DNA of 32,000 nt. Source: Desulfotalea psychrophila LSv54. GTDB lineage: Bacteria > Desulfobacterota > Desulfobulbia > Desulfobulbales > Desulfocapsaceae. A program made the translations under genes and the position numbers. Where the stretch lies: NCBI RefSeq assembly GCF_000025945.1, contig NC_006138.1, positions 2,940,001 to 2,972,000 on the forward strand. Reading direction: 5' to 3'. The stretch's first letter is position 1. Each line of letters starts with the position of its first letter. The notes under the pieces are model-generated. The model had not been told where the DNA came from and did no database searches. It saw nothing but the letters and a program-made list of their open reading frames with translations. Below are positions 28,900 through 32,000 of this stretch, piece after piece.

Positions 28900-31719
28900 C
28901 TACTCACCCAGGGTTGCTGCGACTTCATTCATAATGAAAGCCTCAAGCACATCACCTATTTTAATATTATTAAAATTCTCTACGCCAATACCACACTCAT
29001 AACCCGAAGCAACTTCCTTGGCATCGTCTTTGAATCGTCGCAGAGAACCAATCTTACCTGTGTAGAGAACCACGCCTTCACGAAGGACGCGAACACCAGC
29101 ATTACGTTGGATCTTGCCACTGGTAACATAACAACCACCAATAACACCAATCTTTGGAACACTAAAGATATCACGAACCTCTGCATCACCGATAATCTCT
29201 TCTTCAAAGGTCGGATCAAGCATACCCACCATTGCATCACGGATATCATCGAGGGCATGATAGATAACGTCGTAGGAACGAACATCAACATGTTCCTTAT
29301 CGGCAAGCGCTTTCACCTTAGCTGACGGCCGCACATTGAAACCAATGATAATAGCGTCGGAGGCCGAGGCGAGAAGGATATCTGAATCTGTAATGGTACC
29401 AGTTCCCTCATGAAGCAAACGTACCTTAATTGCCTTGGTGGAGAGATCAGCTGCAGCCTTAGCAAAGGCTTCAAGTGTTCCCTGAACATCGGCACGAAGA
29501 ACAACGCGAAGTTCACGAACCTCTCCCTCACTCATCTGCTCAAAGAGCTTATCAAGAGAGATTTTGGTACTTGCACCAAGCTCAGCCTCACGCGCCTTCA
29601 TGGCACGATCATGACTAACGGCCTTAGCCATCTTCTCATCGGTAACCACGACAAACTCATCACCGGCGGAAGGTACACCAGAGAGACCTTGTACTTCTAC
29701 AGGGATAGAAGGACCTGCTTCAGCAAGTGAACGTCCCCGATAGTCGAGCATGGCACGTACTTTACCACTGTGCTGACCAACAACAAAGTGATCGCCCTTG
29801 GCAAGGGTTCCTGCCTGAACGAGGATGGTTGCAACAGGACCACGACCCTTATCCAGTTGAGCCTCAAGTACACGTCCGATCACCTTACGATCAGGATTGG
29901 CCTTCAACTCGAGCATCTCTGCCGCAAGCTGGACAGACTCCATCAGCTCATCAATGCCGATCTGCTGCTTAGCTGAAGTCTCGCAATACATGGTGGTTCC
30001 ACCCCACTCTTCCGGGGAGAGATCCAACTCTGCAAGTTCACGCTTAACACGCTCAACATCAGCATTGTCTTTATCAATTTTATTTACAGCAACAATGATT
30101 GGCACATTGGCAGCCTGAGAGTGACGAATCGCCTCACGGGTCTGGTCCATAACGCCATCATCTGCAGCTACCACAAGGATAACAATATCTGTTACCTGGG
30201 CACCACGAGAACGCATTTCTGTAAAGGCAGCATGGCCCGGAGTATCAACAAAGGTAACATCTCCTGAGGCAGCTTTTACATGGTAGGCACCGATATGCTG
30301 GGTAATACCACCTGCTTCACCATCTGCTACATCGGTTTTACGAATAGCATCCAGAATAGAGGTCTTACCGTGATCAACATGACCCATAACGGTAACAACA
30401 GGACAACGTCCTACCTCTATACCACCCTCTTCTGCTTCGGTAAGAAGTTGAATACCAAGCTCATCGGTAATACCCTGATCTACCTCATAGCCATATTCGG
30501 TTGCAATAAGGGTCGCAGTATCGATATCAACAGACTGGTTGATGGTGGCCATAAGCCCAAGTCCCATCAATTTACCGATCACATCACTTGCCTTAACCTT
30601 CATACGACCGGCAAGATCACCTACGGTGATGGTGTCATATACCTTAACATGCTTCTTACTCGCCTTCATCTCCGATGGTGGTAAAGTCTGAGCATCACGC
30701 TTACCTCTTCTCGGACGTCTACCACGGTTCTGATAATCGGTTCCGAAGTGGGTAAATTTTACACCTTTTTTCCCCTTAGCCTTTGGACGGCTATCACGCT
30801 CTGCAGGCTTCTCATCACGACGGCCCTTCTTCTTTCTGTTACGACTGTCATCCTGAGCAGGTGTAGCAGGTGCCGCTGGCTTAGGAGGTCCGCCTGCACT
30901 ACGATTAGGTGACGGAGTACTTGGACGTGGGCTTCTATTAACCGGTGGCCTGGTTGGCTTTCTGCGAGGGCGAGAAGGCTCTTCTCTCTGAATAGGCAAC
31001 TCTACCCGACCAATAACACGGACACCTCCACTTCGATATGGCTGTTGAGCGGGTTTAACTTTTTTATCAGTACTGGCAGGTGTTGCTACCTTTTTACTGT
31101 CTACTGCTGTTTTGCTTTTTTCCACGGTTTCCGTATGTTCTGCTCGTTTTATTTCTGGGGCACCTGCTTTTTTCTCGTTACTGCCAGCACTCACTACCTC
31201 TGGCTTAGCAACAGCAGCACTTTCTTCTTTCTCAATGGTTGGTTTCTGTGCTTTCAACTGAGACTCTTCCTCTCTCTCTAAGGGGGCGGTAGGAGCCTCT
31301 TTGTTAGTAACGAGTTCCTCTACAACCGGGGCAACTTCTTGTATCACAGGTTCACTCTTCTCGGCCTTAACAGGCTCCGATTTTTTTACCTCTTCAGCCA
31401 CCACTTCTTTAGGTACCTCGACGCTTACCGCCTGTACCTCTTCTACAATTTTTTCTGGCACGACAGGTTCATCTACTTTCTTACCCCCAATTACAGTGGT
31501 AGGTCGATGCGCGGCTGCAGCTTCATTTGTCGCCTGCCCTGTGTCTTGCCCAGACTCTTTTGTGCCAAGGAAGGTACGTCGAATCTCATCGGCGGTAGCA
31601 TCATCTACGGTGGAGCTATGACCTTTGATTTGATACCCCTTTTTGATCAGCTTATCAGCAAATGCTTTACCGCTCATCCCTGCCTCTTTGGCCAACTCGT
31701 AAATCCTAATCCTGCTCAT
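28900..31719 (-). CDS. infB: Translation initiation factor IF-2
   Basis: 939 aa. [78 protein letters not shown]; long charged N-terminal linker. Confidence 0.98.
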
Positions 31720-31830
31720 TCGTTACTCCCGTATCCTTCCCATTCATCAATAAAATTAAGATCAAAACCTCAACCTTAATTCATGAGCCTGTAAAATATA
31801 CTTTAAACTTATAGCAGACAATTCGGGCAA

Positions 31831-32000
31831 CTACAGGCGAAAAATCCTTTTCCATCTCCTCTGCTGTTTCATCAACTGTTCAGAACAGTTATCCTTATCA
31901 CAACAGTATGCTCCACGCCCTTCCAGCACAGCCTTTTCGTCAAAAAAAGGTGCCTCACCACGCCACACAAATCGTCGCAAAGTCTGCTTTTCCTGTTTTA
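31831..32000 (-). CDS. ylxR: YlxR (DUF448) family protein, 5' end outside the window
   Basis: Absent from the ORF track because no start lies in the window. The reverse strand reads KQEKQTLRRFVWRGEAPFFDEKAVLEGRGAYCCDKDNCSEQLMKQQRRWKRIFRL-stop (TAG at 31833-31831). The RGAYCC-type motif and position upstream of infB fit YlxR. Confidence 0.82.
   Translation of the reverse strand, partial: KQEKQTLRRFVWRGEAPFFDEKAVLEGRGAYCCDKDNCSEQLMKQQRRWKRIFRL

Overview
The window is a dense, mostly housekeeping bacterial segment. Protein sequences and gene order suggest a Desulfobulbales/Desulfotalea-like deltaproteobacterium; that assignment is inference only. Minus-strand block 1 reads rplU-rpmA-obgE-proB-proA-nadD-cheB-like-ung. 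The plus-strand block reads mazG, rpsF-rpsR-DUF2232-rplI, dnaB, leuS, lptE, dusB and a GNAT gene. After pepA (-), a CNNM/CorC-like gene (+), an MBL-fold hydrolase (-) and dut (-), minus-strand block 2 is the canonical ylxR-infB-rbfA-nrnA-truB-rpsO-pnp cluster. I found no mobile elements, CRISPR arrays, tRNA/rRNA genes or defence cassettes, and no convincing new multi-gene system. The items most worth a second look are: (1) rpsF (ribosomal protein S6), whose reading frame is broken by two mutually compensating frame changes about 45 nt apart; (2) a CheB-like protein with an intact receiver domain, a four-cysteine zinc-ribbon-like linker and an apparently missing catalytic His; (3) a uracil-DNA glycosylase with an altered, expanded GQDPYH motif; (4) a small protein with two AP2-like modules beside ribosomal protein genes; (5) several structured intergenic elements.
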